From assembly GCA_036676495.1 (NCBI GenBank), contig JAKFCT010000046.1:1-64000 (forward strand): 64,000 nucleotides of DNA, read 5' to 3'. Position numbers and translations under genes: made by a program. The notes beneath the pieces were generated by a model. The model made no database searches and had not been told where the DNA came from. It saw nothing but the letters and a program-made list of their open reading frames with translations. This document shows positions 10,253-20,478 of this stretch, in pieces; the stretch's first letter is position 1, and every line of letters starts with the position of its first letter. The stretch is from Candidatus Sericytochromatia bacterium (GTDB lineage Bacteria > Cyanobacteriota > Sericytochromatia > S15B-MN24 > UBA4093).

Positions 10253-13200
10253 TCATTTGAGCAGGCGCTCGGCGTAATACACCGTTCCGAGCGCCTCGAA
10301 GCCCGCGCGGGCCTGCGCCAGGTGCAACTCGCGCTCGGCATCCGTCTCGTCCAGGTGTCGGCCGATCTCGGCATGCGCGAGGGCCCTTTCGAAGGGCATG
10401 TCCAGCTTCTCGCTGAGCGCCAAGGCCCGCCGCCACGCCTTCCGCGCCTGTGATTTCCGGCCCTGCCGCCAGAGCATGCGCCCCTGATAGAGGGAGGCCC
10501 GCGGCTGACCGATGGGGAAGATCGCCGCGTACTGCTGCAGCCCCCGGCACGCCTTGCGGGCGAGGCCTGCGAGTGCCGCGTCCTGAGGCGCCTGGTCCCA
10601 GAGGTCCAGGCAGACCTCCGCCGTGGCGGCGTAGCCATCGAAGCTGGAGACGATGGTGGGGCGGATCGCTGCCATCAGCTCAAGAGCCCGCTCGACCAAC
10701 TGCCGAGCGCGCTCAACGTCCCCTTTTCGCAGGTGCGCCTGGGCCAAGAGGGCAAAAGGACGCAGCTGGAGGGATGTGCCGAAGTCAGGCTGCGCCAAGG
10801 CATCCTCGAGGTAGGCGATCGCCTCGTCCCAGTTCCCCCGCATCAGCGTGCATTGCGCCTCGACCAGCCGCCCGATGCCGATCAGCTGCGAATCGTTCCG
10901 TCGCTGGGCTTCCGAAACCATCTGGGCGCTATCCTGCGCCACCACCTCGAAGTTGCCATGGAAGTATTCCACCAGCCCCATGAAGAACCGGATCTCGCTC
11001 GTGCGGCGGACGTCTCCCAGCTGGCTCGAAATCGAGAGCGCCTTCCCGTACGCCTCGCGGGCCGCCTCCCAGCGCCCCATGCCGATGTCGTAGGCGCCGG
11101 TGACGAAGTGGGCCCAGGCCAGCGCCGGCAGGTTCCCTTGCTCCGACGCGAGGTCGAGCGCCAGCGTCCGGTAGCGCTCGGCCACGCCATGCAGCCGTGC
11201 GATGCCCGCCGATAGCGCGAGGTTGGCGTAAATCCGGGCCTGATCCGGGGACGGCGCCGCCCGCTCGGCCAGGTTCAGGCCCCGCAGGGAGGCGTCGATC
11301 ATCGCCAGCGGGTCGTTCGACAGGTAGTGAATCAGCATCAAGCGCCCGTACGCCAGGGCCACGAGCGAGCGGACCGGATCCGGGGCCGAGAGCCCTTTGG
11401 GCGGCCGCATGCGATGCGCCGCTTGGCGCACGACCTGGCCCGCCAGTCCCAGCAAGAAGGCAAAGAGGTGGCGCGGGACCCGGAACCCGAGGCCGGCGAG
11501 GGTCTCCTCGAGGATCTGGCGGCAGTCCTCGGCTCTTCCGAGGCCGTAGTAAGCCTCGGCGAGCTCGCGCGACCAAGTCGCCTGCTGGAGCGCATCCTGC
11601 TTGGGGGCTTTTCGCGCGTAGGCCAGGGCATCCTGCAAGAACCGTGCGGCTTCTTCGTAGGCTCCGCTTTCCAACGCCTGCTCTCCCGCGCGGCCCAGGT
11701 AGATCACGGCCTTTTGAGGAAGCTCCGCACGGCGCCAGTGGTGGGCCAGCGCCGGATAATAAGGCGTCAAATCGGCGGCGTAGCGGCGCTCCAACCAGAT
11801 GGCCACTTCCTGGTGAAGCTGCTGGCGCTGGGAGAAGAGCATCAGGTTATAGACGACTTCCTGGGTGAGGGCGTGCTTGAACTGGCAGGCGCCGTCGGTG
11901 GTCACGACGAGGTCGAGGGCTTCCAGGGCGCGGAGGCATTCCGGCAGGGCGCGGCGGTCGGCCTCGATGGGGTGGACGGCGCGCAGGAGGTCGAGGGGGA
12001 AGGTGCGGCCGATGACGCTCGCGACCTTCAGGGTCAGTTGCTCGGAGGGCGAGAGCCGGTCGATCCGGCTGGTGATGACGCCCTGGACGGTGTCGGGAAG
12101 GTCGAGCGCGTCGAGATCGGGAGCGTCCGGGTCCAGGACGCAGGCGCCATCGGCGATCCGGAGGGTTCCCGAATCCCGCAGAGCGTAGGCGAGTTGCTCG
12201 CTGAAGAAGGGGTGGCCTTCCGCCTTGCGGGTGATGAGCTCGGCCACCCGTTCCGGGAGGGTTTCCACTCCGAGGCGCTGGCAGACGATCGTGCGGATCG
12301 CGTCGGGGGCCAGGCGCTCCAGGCGCATGCGGGAGGTCTTGGGGGCGTCGAGGATGCGGCGGTACTCGTCGTTGGGATCGTCGTCCAGGGGGCGGGAGGT
12401 CAAGAGGATCAAGGCATTGGGCAAGTACTGGCTCGTCCGGGCGACGAGCGCCCAGGAAGCCGAGTCCAGCCAGTGGGCGTCCTCGAGGACCAGCAGCATC
12501 GGGGCTCCGGCGGTGGCCATGTGAAGGACGCGGAAGAGGAGGTCGCGGGTATTGGAGATGCGCAGCTCGCCGGAGAGCTGCATGGTGATCTCGTTGTCGG
12601 GGAGGTCGAGCGGCAGGACCGAATTGAGAAGCGGCGCCAGGCGCATGGCCTCCGGGTCCGGCTGCAAACGGGAATAGACGCGCTTCCTCCAGGCTTCGGT
12701 GCGGGCGAGCGGCTGGGTCAGCGGGGCGCTCCCGCGGCTGCCGGCCTCGAGCTGGAAGAGCTGCGTGAAGATGGGCTGCCAGGCATGGTAGGGAGTGCCC
12801 TTTTCGATGGATTCTCCCAGGCCCATGTAAGCCGTGAGGCCGAGGGCTTGGGCTTCCCGGAGGGCAATCGCCGCCAGCTGGGATTTGCCCAGGCCCGCTT
12901 CGGCTTCGAGGACGAGCACTCCGCCCTCGCCGTGGGCATGCAGGGTCCTGAGGCGTTCGCGGATCGTCGCCTCTTCGGCGTCTCGGCCAACGAGGGCCGT
13001 GCGCTGAAGGGAGACGCGGCGGCGGAACTTCCCGACCGGGCGATAGACCTCGAGGGGAGCGGCGCGGCCCTTGAGCGTGAGCGTGGACGGCGGCCCGAAG
13101 GCGGTGCCGGCGCGGGCCTCGTGAAAGGTGGCCGCGTCGCAGAGGATGTCCTCGGGGGAGGCCTGCATCAGGCGGGCGGCGGTGTTCACGATATCCCCGA

Positions 13201-14302
13201 TGATGGTGTACTCACGGCGGCGGGCGTTGCCGATCTCTCCGCAGAAGGCCCGCCCCGTCGAGAGGCCGATCGCGCAGGAAAGCCCGCGTCCCGCGAGGCT
13301 CTCCTGGATCTCCAGGGCGGCGCGCACGCCGCGAAGGGCGTCGTCCTCGTGGGCCAGGGGGGGCAGTCCCAGGACGGCCACCAGTGAAACCCCCTTCTCG
13401 TCGAGGCTGAGCTTGTTGATGGTCCCCTCGTAGCGCTCCAGCACGGCCTGCAGCATCCCGGCCGTCTCCTGGGCATTGTCGAGGGTGGTGCCCCGGCTCA
13501 GTCCCGGCAGGTTGATGAAGAGCACGGTGACCTTGCGCAGCTCGGCGAGCCAGCCTCCTTGCTCGGCCCGGACCCGGTCGAGCACGGCCTCGGGAAGGAA
13601 GCCCTGGAGGGTCGCTTCGTCGGAAGGGAGGAGGGGCTGCGGGTTCAAGGGGCGCGGGGGAAGGCGGCGGCGCAGGGCCAAGAGCTGGATGGCCCCCTCC
13701 GGGAGGGGCTTGGCGACGACCTCGTCGGCAATGAGCTGCCAGGCCTGAGGGGCCAGGACGACCTCCCCGGGGCTTCCCTGGGGCAAGACGGCTCCGAGCT
13801 GCTCGACGGCGCTTCCGGCGAAGAGCACTTCCCAGCGGCGGTTCAGGCCGCCGACGCGCGCGAGCAAGACCTCGCCGGCTCCGACTCCGACGCGCAGCGA
13901 GAGGTGATCTCCGGCCTGCAGGGGGGATTGCCAGCGGGAGGCCTGGATGGCGAGGGCGCAAAGGGAGGCGCGCAGGCAAAGGGTGGCGAGATCCTCCTCG
14001 GCCGTATCGGCGGGCCAGACGGCGACCAGGGCATCGCCGGCGAACTTGATCACGTCGCCGCCGTGCGCCTCGACCAGGGCGATCAGGTGACCGAAGTAGG
14101 AATTGAGGATGCGGCTGAGGGCTTCTTCGCCGGACGGGTGCTGGGCCAGGGTTTCGGCGAGCCGGGTGAAGCCGGAGATGTCCGCCATGAGGACGGCCGC
14201 CTCGCCGCGGTGAAGCGAGGGCGCATGGGCCGGCCCGCTGCGCACATGATGCGAGACCCAGGCCGGGACGTAGCTAGAAATCGTGTCCAGGATCGTCGGC
14301 AT
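10253..14302 (-). CDS. Class III adenylate/guanylate cyclase (tandem cyclase domains) with AAA/STAND ATPase and TPR region
   Basis: ADISGFT, IKFAGDA, second cyclase domain (IGDIVNTAARLM), Walker A-like AEAGLGKS, Walker B LVLEDAHW, GHPFF, helical C-terminus. Start probably 14302. Confidence 0.9.
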   Translation of the reverse strand: MPTILDTISSYVPAWVSHHVRSGPAHAPSLHRGEAAVLMADISGFTRLAETLAQHPSGEEALSRILNSYFGHLIALVEAHGGDVIKFAGDALVAVWPADTAEEDLATLCLRASLCALAIQASRWQSPLQAGDHLSLRVGVGAGEVLLARVGGLNRRWEVLFAGSAVEQLGAVLPQGSPGEVVLAPQAWQLIADEVVAKPLPEGAIQLLALRRRLPPRPLNPQPLLPSDEATLQGFLPEAVLDRVRAEQGGWLAELRKVTVLFINLPGLSRGTTLDNAQETAGMLQAVLERYEGTINKLSLDEKGVSLVAVLGLPPLAHEDDALRGVRAALEIQESLAGRGLSCAIGLSTGRAFCGEIGNARRREYTIIGDIVNTAARLMQASPEDILCDAATFHEARAGTAFGPPSTLTLKGRAAPLEVYRPVGKFRRRVSLQRTALVGRDAEEATIRERLRTLHAHGEGGVLVLEAEAGLGKSQLAAIALREAQALGLTAYMGLGESIEKGTPYHAWQPIFTQLFQLEAGSRGSAPLTQPLARTEAWRKRVYSRLQPDPEAMRLAPLLNSVLPLDLPDNEITMQLSGELRISNTRDLLFRVLHMATAGAPMLLVLEDAHWLDSASWALVARTSQYLPNALILLTSRPLDDDPNDEYRRILDAPKTSRMRLERLAPDAIRTIVCQRLGVETLPERVAELITRKAEGHPFFSEQLAYALRDSGTLRIADGACVLDPDAPDLDALDLPDTVQGVITSRIDRLSPSEQLTLKVASVIGRTFPLDLLRAVHPIEADRRALPECLRALEALDLVVTTDGACQFKHALTQEVVYNLMLFSQRQQLHQEVAIWLERRYAADLTPYYPALAHHWRRAELPQKAVIYLGRAGEQALESGAYEEAARFLQDALAYARKAPKQDALQQATWSRELAEAYYGLGRAEDCRQILEETLAGLGFRVPRHLFAFLLGLAGQVVRQAAHRMRPPKGLSAPDPVRSLVALAYGRLMLIHYLSNDPLAMIDASLRGLNLAERAAPSPDQARIYANLALSAGIARLHGVAERYRTLALDLASEQGNLPALAWAHFVTGAYDIGMGRWEAAREAYGKALSISSQLGDVRRTSEIRFFMGLVEYFHGNFEVVAQDSAQMVSEAQRRNDSQLIGIGRLVEAQCTLMRGNWDEAIAYLEDALAQPDFGTSLQLRPFALLAQAHLRKGDVERARQLVERALELMAAIRPTIVSSFDGYAATAEVCLDLWDQAPQDAALAGLARKACRGLQQYAAIFPIGQPRASLYQGRMLWRQGRKSQARKAWRRALALSEKLDMPFERALAHAEIGRHLDETDAERELHLAQARAGFEALGTVYYAERLLK

Positions 14303-14548
14303 GGAGCCCTTGCGAATGGAAGACGGAACCTTTCCATTGTACCCGTCGCCCGGCAAGTCCTCTCGCTGCCTGGCCCTCGGCGGCCTGGCGCTTCACCGGG
14401 CGTAACAAAATTAAGGCTTTATTAAAAACATTAGCTCTCTGTTAAACAGGCGATAATTATTGCTTGCCGAGCTTGTCGCCCGCCTGCCGCTCCGTGTAAG
14501 GTTTAAATTAAGGTTAAGGTCCGCTTAGCCTGCTCCCCCCTGACCCAG

Positions 14549-15859
14549 ATGGAGGCGTCCATGGCATTTTCCCCGACGGTGAAGGCGGCCCTCGCGGCCA
14601 CGCTCGCAATCACGGCCCTGACGGCCTGCGGCAGCTCCTCGCCCTCGGGAACGGGCTCCTTGATGGCGCTCACGACCCGCACCGACGCGTCCGCGCAGGT
14701 CTACAGCGAGGCGGGGCAGGCTCAGGTGGTGATCAAGCGGCGGCCCGGCGTGGTCGGCGCCTTCAACGCCGCCTCCTACGGGCTCCAGTCCGTCCATCAT
14801 GTGAGCGGCCTGGGAGTGCAGGTGGCCAAGCTGCCGGCTTCCAAGCTGGACGCCACCCTCGAGCGGTTGCGGCGCGACGGCAGCATCCTCTACGCCGAGC
14901 CCGCCATGCGGGTGAAGGCCTACGACCTGCCGTCCGAGTCGCCCGTGGGCTCGACCGATGCCGTTCAGGCGGAGAACGTCCGGGTGAACGATCCGCTCTT
15001 CCGGCAGCAGTACGCTCCCCAGATCACCCGGGCTCCCGAGGCCTGGGCGCGCACGGCGGGTCGGGGCGTGGCGATCGCCATCGTGGACACGGGCATCGAC
15101 ACCGGTCACCCGGATCTCCGGGCGAACCTCGTGCCCGGCTACAACTCGCTGACGCGCAGCTCCAACGTCAAGGACGACAACGGCCACGGCACGCACTGTG
15201 CCGGCGTGGCCGCCGCGCAGGCCGGAAACAACGAGGGCATCACCGGCATCGCCCCCCAGGCCAAGCTGATGCCCATCAAGGTGCTCGCCGCCGACGGCGG
15301 TGGCTCGGATGCCAGCGTCGCCGAGGGCATCGTCTGGGCGGTCGACCACGGCGCCGAGGTCATCAGCCTCAGCCTGGGCGGCCCCGGCGAGAGCAAGGTC
15401 ATGCGTGACGCGATTGTCTACGCCCAGGCCAAGGGTGCGGTGGTCGTGGCCGCCATGGGCAACGACGGCACCAACGAGCGGAGCTACCCGGCGGCCTATC
15501 CCGGCGTGATCGCCGTCGGCGCCTCGGATGCCCGCGATGCGATCGCCGACTTCTCGCAGTGGGGCAACTGGATCACCGTCTCGGCCCCCGGCGTCCAGAT
15601 CATGTCGACGATGCCCACCTACAAGGTGGACGCCAACGACTACGGCTACCCGCTGCGCTACGCCAGCATGGACGGCACCTCCATGGCCACTCCGGCCGTC
15701 GCCGGCCTCGCCGCCCTGCTCAAGAGCACCCACCGGGCCGCGACGCCCGCCCAGGTGAAGGCCCGCATCGAGCAGACCGCCGACAAGGTCGGAGGCAAGA
15801 ACGCCTTCACGCCCACCTTCGGCCACGGCCGGATCAACGTCGCCGCCGCCCTGCGCTAA
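14549..15859 (+). CDS. S8 subtilisin-like serine protease, predicted lipoprotein
   Basis: Lipobox LTAC; catalytic motifs VDTG, HGTH, GTSMATP. Confidence 0.93.
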   Translation: MEASMAFSPTVKAALAATLAITALTACGSSSPSGTGSLMALTTRTDASAQVYSEAGQAQVVIKRRPGVVGAFNAASYGLQSVHHVSGLGVQVAKLPASKLDATLERLRRDGSILYAEPAMRVKAYDLPSESPVGSTDAVQAENVRVNDPLFRQQYAPQITRAPEAWARTAGRGVAIAIVDTGIDTGHPDLRANLVPGYNSLTRSSNVKDDNGHGTHCAGVAAAQAGNNEGITGIAPQAKLMPIKVLAADGGGSDASVAEGIVWAVDHGAEVISLSLGGPGESKVMRDAIVYAQAKGAVVVAAMGNDGTNERSYPAAYPGVIAVGASDARDAIADFSQWGNWITVSAPGVQIMSTMPTYKVDANDYGYPLRYASMDGTSMATPAVAGLAALLKSTHRAATPAQVKARIEQTADKVGGKNAFTPTFGHGRINVAAALR

Positions 15860-15866
15860 CTCCTCC

Positions 15867-16088
15867 TCAACGAAGCTCCCGCATGGTGGCCGTCAGGTCG
15901 GCCAGGGCCTCGTTCATGCGCTGAGGGCTCACCCACCCGCGCTCCAGCAGGACCCGCGGCAGGCTCGGGCCGGAGCCACTCCCCTCTTGGACGGCCTTCG
16001 ACGCCTGCTCGCGCGTGATGGCCCCCGATCGGATCAAGTCCTTGATGAGCAGCATGTGGGCGATCCGCAGGCGCAAGGGTCGGTCCAT
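15867..16088 (-). CDS. Small stand-alone MshEN-like protein
   Basis: LIRSGAITREQ...LPRVLLERGWVSPQRMNEAL resembles two MshEN repeats; GAGGAGG RBS. Confidence 0.55.
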   Translation of the reverse strand: MDRPLRLRIAHMLLIKDLIRSGAITREQASKAVQEGSGSGPSLPRVLLERGWVSPQRMNEALADLTATMRELR

Positions 16089-16115
16089 GCTCCCCTCCTC
16101 TCCCGATGCCGAAAA

Positions 16116-16925
16116 CTAGGCGGGCCGCGACGCGGCCAAGGGTGCCGTGAGGCGGGGTCGGCGCTCCGCCGAGGCCGCGCCCGCCAGCATTGCCGGCAAG
16201 GTGAACGTGAAGGTGGTTCCCTTGCCGAGCTCGCTGGAAACCTGTATCTGACCCCCGTGCGCCTCCACGAGCTGCTTGGAAATCATGAGGCCCAGTCCGG
16301 TTCCCCCTTGATTGGGGCGGACCTGGTAGAAGCCCTCGAAGAGGCGCGACAGGCTCTCGTGCGGGATCCCGATGCCGGAGTCCGATACCCGAAACACCAC
16401 CCGCTCACCCTGGGGATGCGCGCTCAAGTGGATCGTCCCCCCCTCGGGAGTGAACTTGAGGGCGTTGGAGACCAGGTTGTTGAAGATCTGCTTCAGGCGC
16501 TGGGGATCCGCATGGATCTTGGGCAAGGACGGAGAGGCATTGATCACGATCCGCACCTTGCGCTGATGGGCCAGGGCCGAGAACGAATCGGCGATCATCC
16601 GCATGGCCTCCTGGGGAGCCACCGGGCTCCGCTCCAGCTCCATGCGCCCCTCCCGGAGCTTGACGAAGTCGAGCACGTCGTTGACCAGGGTCTCGATCTG
16701 CTCGGCGCCCTCCCGAATTTGCCCCAGGTAATGGAACTGCTGAGACGTCAGGGGACCCGCGACCTCATCGGCCATCAGCTCGGAGAAGCCGGTGATGATG
16801 CATAGCGGCGTCCGGAGCTCGTGGACGATCGAGGCGAAGAGCGTCTCGGAGGAGAGCGCGGGAAGGCGAGGCTCGGGAGGGGAGACCTCGCGACGCGGCA
16901 GCAGCTGGGATAGGCGGTAGATCAT
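16116..16925 (-). CDS. Histidine kinase (HisKA plus HATPase_c) with no sensor domain
   Basis: [28 protein letters not shown]; likely start MIYRL at 16925. Confidence 0.88.
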   Translation of the reverse strand: MIYRLSQLLPRREVSPPEPRLPALSSETLFASIVHELRTPLCIITGFSELMADEVAGPLTSQQFHYLGQIREGAEQIETLVNDVLDFVKLREGRMELERSPVAPQEAMRMIADSFSALAHQRKVRIVINASPSLPKIHADPQRLKQIFNNLVSNALKFTPEGGTIHLSAHPQGERVVFRVSDSGIGIPHESLSRLFEGFYQVRPNQGGTGLGLMISKQLVEAHGGQIQVSSELGKGTTFTFTLPAMLAGAASAERRPRLTAPLAASRPA

Positions 16926-17198
16926 CTCGTCCCTCCCGAAGCGACGATGGTTGCGCTGTATACGTTGCTTCATTAAGAATTGCAAACAAGCTTTTTTACA
17001 TGGTAGCGCCTCCCCGGTCGAAGTCAAACGGGCGATCGCGGGCGGGAAGGCCCTGACCATGCGGCGCGGCGGCCGGCGCGGGCGCCGGGGCGGCATGCGG
17101 CGCCCGGTTTCAGGCGAGAAGGCGAAAAGCGGCTTGGGAAGCGACTTCCAGGGCCTTGTGCAGAACGACTGAAAATGCTCTCGGTCGCCGGAAGCGGC

Positions 17199-17756
17199 TC
17201 AGGGCGTGCGCAGGTAGAAGCGCAGGGTCAGCGTCGCCCGGATCGCGTCGGCGTCCCCCTCCGCGGTCGCGATCTCGAAGACCTCGATCCCCCGCACGGG
17301 CTCAGGCGCCTCGAGCCCTCCGATGAAGGCCGAGACCGCCTCGTAGGCGCCGCTCACCTCGACGTCCACCGCATGGCTAGCCAGGCCGCCACGCGGCTCC
17401 GGCGTCGGCGCGATCGTCACCTGACCCAGGCGAACCCCGGTCTCGGAGGCCATCTGACCCAGCACCCTTTGGATGGCCACGGTGGCGCTCTCGCGCTGAC
17501 CCAGGCTCAACGGCGCGGGCTTCGCTTCCGTGGGCGCCGTCAGCGGCGCGCGCGGCTCCGGAAGCAGCGCCGCCGAAAGCTCCGCATGCGCGTGACGCGT
17601 GCTCTCCTCCAGGCTGCGCGCGCGCGCCAGCCGCGTGATCAGCGGATCCACCAGCCCCATGTACAGGATCACCGCCTCGGCGAAGAAGGCGAAGGCCAGG
17701 ATCAGCTTGCGGTCGCGCGCCGACATCCCCGCGCGGGGCAGCTTCGGCGTGCTCAT
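17199..17756 (-). CDS. PilO/GspM-like pilus assembly protein
   Basis: N-terminal TM, coiled coil, VEVSGAYEAVSAFIGGLE ferredoxin-like domain; follows the pilMN gene. Confidence 0.7.
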   Translation of the reverse strand: MSTPKLPRAGMSARDRKLILAFAFFAEAVILYMGLVDPLITRLARARSLEESTRHAHAELSAALLPEPRAPLTAPTEAKPAPLSLGQRESATVAIQRVLGQMASETGVRLGQVTIAPTPEPRGGLASHAVDVEVSGAYEAVSAFIGGLEAPEPVRGIEVFEIATAEGDADAIRATLTLRFYLRTP

Positions 17757-19171
17757 GGCCGGAACGTCCCTTGCGGCGCGAAGACCGCCTGCAACCGGAA
17801 CCGATAGACCGGCTCGCCCTGCCAGCGCTCTTCCGCGACCTCCGGCACCTCGATGCCCGTCAGCGAGCGGGACCGCCCCAGCGCCTCGGCCAGGAGCAAC
17901 GGAGCCTGCCGAGACAAGGCATACCCCTCGATCGTCAGGCCCGCCCCCTCCCGCAACGCCGTCCGCGACAGCCAGACGTCATGCGGCGTGTCGTCCTGGA
18001 AGCGCCGGAACAGGGCGACCACCGCCTCCGAGCGCGTCATGGCCTCGCGCAGCGCCTCCTCGGACTCCCGTCGCCCGTCCGGCGCGGTGAGCTGCGCCTG
18101 CAGGACCTGGATCTCGGATTGGAGGCGCTCCGCGGCGGCCTCGTGGGCCTTCACCCGATCCGAGAGCCAGACGTTCGCCCCCAAGGCGGCGATCAGCACC
18201 ATCGCGAACGCCAGCGGAATCAGCACGCCCCGCGTGACGCGAGGGCGCGGCGCCTTCAGGCGATCCGGGCGCAAGTCGAAGACGAACGGGCCTCGCTCCG
18301 GACCGTAGAGCAGCGCTCCGCGCAGCGCCACGCTTCCGCCCTCCGGCGTCGTCGACGGGAGCACCTGCGACGTCACGCCCTCCGGCATCGTGAGCGCGTC
18401 GCCCAGCGGCTCGGGCACGTCCACCAGGAAGCAGCGTCCCAGTGAGGCCGTGAGCAGGCTGCGCTGCAGTTCGAGCGTCGTCTCGGCGATCGCCAGAGGC
18501 TCGCCGTCCCGCAGCTCCGAGGCGCGAACGTAGAGGGTGCGCCAGCTATGAAGCGCCTCGCGCTCCCAGGAGCTGACATGGATCTGCTGCGGGAAGGCCG
18601 CGATCACCCCGCAGGACTGCGGAGCCTCGCCCCCGGCGGCCAAGCCCCGCAAGAGCGCCAGGGGAGCCGGCTCGACGCTGGAAACGGCAATCCCCGCCCC
18701 CTCGAAGACCTCCACCACGCGGTCGAGGTCGTCGCGCCGCGCCGCCGCCAAGAGGACCGTGAGCGCGCTCTCGTCCGAGTCCAGCAGGCTGAAGTCGGAG
18801 GCGACCTCCGCCCCGGCGAAGACCCGGTACCGCTCGGCTTCCGCGCGAACCGCCAGCTCCAGCTCCTCGCGAGGCGGCACGAACGGGATGGGCAAGGTCA
18901 CGGTTCGGATGAGCATGCCGTCGAGAGCCAGGTGAGCATGCCGCACGGGCCGCCCGACCTGCCGGAGGCAGGCCGCGAGGGCCTCCTGCAAAGCCTGCGG
19001 GTCGTGAAGCTGGAGGCTCGAGAGATCCCCGGACGCATCCGGGCCCAGGACGCCCGGAGGAAGGGGCACGCGGATGGGAGCGACGGCCGGATCGGGCGAG
19101 CCGAGCTCGAGGCCGTCCGAGGTCAGGACGAAACTGTAGCGCGCCTTGGAACCGAAGGGGTTGCGAAGCAT
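17753..19171 (-). CDS. PilM-PilN fusion protein
   Basis: PilM-like N-terminal part (IRTVTLP, AEAERY, LLAAARRD, VEPAPLALLRGL), then TM, coiled coil and PilN domain (TPHDVWL, LTIEGYA). Confidence 0.75.
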   Translation of the reverse strand: MLRNPFGSKARYSFVLTSDGLELGSPDPAVAPIRVPLPPGVLGPDASGDLSSLQLHDPQALQEALAACLRQVGRPVRHAHLALDGMLIRTVTLPIPFVPPREELELAVRAEAERYRVFAGAEVASDFSLLDSDESALTVLLAAARRDDLDRVVEVFEGAGIAVSSVEPAPLALLRGLAAGGEAPQSCGVIAAFPQQIHVSSWEREALHSWRTLYVRASELRDGEPLAIAETTLELQRSLLTASLGRCFLVDVPEPLGDALTMPEGVTSQVLPSTTPEGGSVALRGALLYGPERGPFVFDLRPDRLKAPRPRVTRGVLIPLAFAMVLIAALGANVWLSDRVKAHEAAAERLQSEIQVLQAQLTAPDGRRESEEALREAMTRSEAVVALFRRFQDDTPHDVWLSRTALREGAGLTIEGYALSRQAPLLLAEALGRSRSLTGIEVPEVAEERWQGEPVYRFRLQAVFAPQGTFRP

Positions 19172-19174
19172 GCG

Positions 19175-20107
19175 CTACCTTTCGTGCTTGGGGAGCACGT
19201 CGACGATGACGACGTAAGGGCGCCCGGGGCCGGACTCGGACGGCGCGCGCAGCGTCATGGTCAAGGTCGCCGGAAGGGACATCCGATCCACGTACTGGAA
19301 GGAGAACGCCATCGCGACCGTCTCGCCGGGCCGTACGACCACCACGCCGTCCAGCTTCCCGAGAGATTGCTTGGTCAGTCCACCGATGTCCATCGTCGTC
19401 CCCTTGCCCTTGTCCTCGGGAGCCGTCGGCGCCCAGGCGAGGCTCACGTAATCGAACGCCACGGGAGACTCGGACGCGTTGCGGAGGTTCAAGGTCAGCT
19501 TCGGGTTCTTCGTGCTCCCGTTCGAGAGGCGGATGCTCTCATCGGTCACCTCCAGGGCGCGGACCTGGGACGCCTCGCGCATGGTGGCCGAGATCGCCGG
19601 GATGTCCCGGATCTGCGCGCCCTCCACGCTCCGCACCTGCAGCTCGGTCACGTCGATCCGGCGCATCGCGTCCCGGGTCGACGTGGGCTCGCCTTCCACC
19701 GTGAAGTAGCGGAAACCGCCCCGCAGCACGTGGAAAGAGGCGGAGTCGACCACGTCGCTCCATGCGCTCGGTAGGGCGTCCGCCGTGGCGCTGAGGCCGC
19801 GTTGAAGTTTCTGGGCCGCGAAGCGGTAGGTCACGTAACGGTAGCTGCCCTCATGAGGCTGCTTGAGAACGAACTCCGAGCTGCTGGGAGACCTGGCGAT
19901 CCCGATGGCCTTGCGGACGTCCTCGCTGAACTGGCGCAGCGCGAAGGCCATGTCCTGCTGGTTCTGCATGCCGGTCCGGTTCTCCCGGTTCAGCGTGAAC
20001 ACGCGCGTCCCCACGGCGCCGATCAGGAGCGCGAGCATGCTGGCGATCGCCAGCGCGATCATCAGCTCGTAAAGGGTCATGCCCCGCGAACTCCGGCCCG
20101 TCATCAC
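19175..20107 (-). CDS. Minor pilin (PilW/GspJ-like)
   Basis: Class III signal peptide RG/MTLYELMIALAI. Confidence 0.8.
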   Translation of the reverse strand: MMTGRSSRGMTLYELMIALAIASMLALLIGAVGTRVFTLNRENRTGMQNQQDMAFALRQFSEDVRKAIGIARSPSSSEFVLKQPHEGSYRYVTYRFAAQKLQRGLSATADALPSAWSDVVDSASFHVLRGGFRYFTVEGEPTSTRDAMRRIDVTELQVRSVEGAQIRDIPAISATMREASQVRALEVTDESIRLSNGSTKNPKLTLNLRNASESPVAFDYVSLAWAPTAPEDKGKGTTMDIGGLTKQSLGKLDGVVVVRPGETVAMAFSFQYVDRMSLPATLTMTLRAPSESGPGRPYVVIVDVLPKHER

Positions 20108-20478
20108 ATCGTCTCCTTCGCCGTCATGGTCACCATCCGGATGAGCGGGGCAGGCTCGCCCGCCTGAAAGACCCTCACCTCGGCCCGCTTCATTCGGGTT
20201 CCTGAAGCCGAGCGCTCCAGCACGTAATCGAGCCCGGAGGTCGCATCGACTCCCGGGAAACTGCCCAACGGCTGGTCATCGTAGGCCTTGGAACGGACCT
20301 CCCGCTCCAGGACTTGCTGAGCGACCACCAGGGCTTGCGCCTTCTGGCCGATGGCCCGGTTCGCCTGCGAGATGCCAATCCACATCTGGGCGGTCGGCAC
20401 CAGCGCGATCGAGATGATGGCCAGGGCGATCGCCACCTCGATGAGCGAGAATCCCGCTTCTGCCCGACGCCCGCTCAT
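20104..20478 (-). CDS. Minor pilin (PilV/GspI-like)
   Basis: AG/FSLIEVAIALAI prepilin motif; start at MSGRR. Confidence 0.82.
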   Translation of the reverse strand: MSGRRAEAGFSLIEVAIALAIISIALVPTAQMWIGISQANRAIGQKAQALVVAQQVLEREVRSKAYDDQPLGSFPGVDATSGLDYVLERSASGTRMKRAEVRVFQAGEPAPLIRMVTMTAKETM

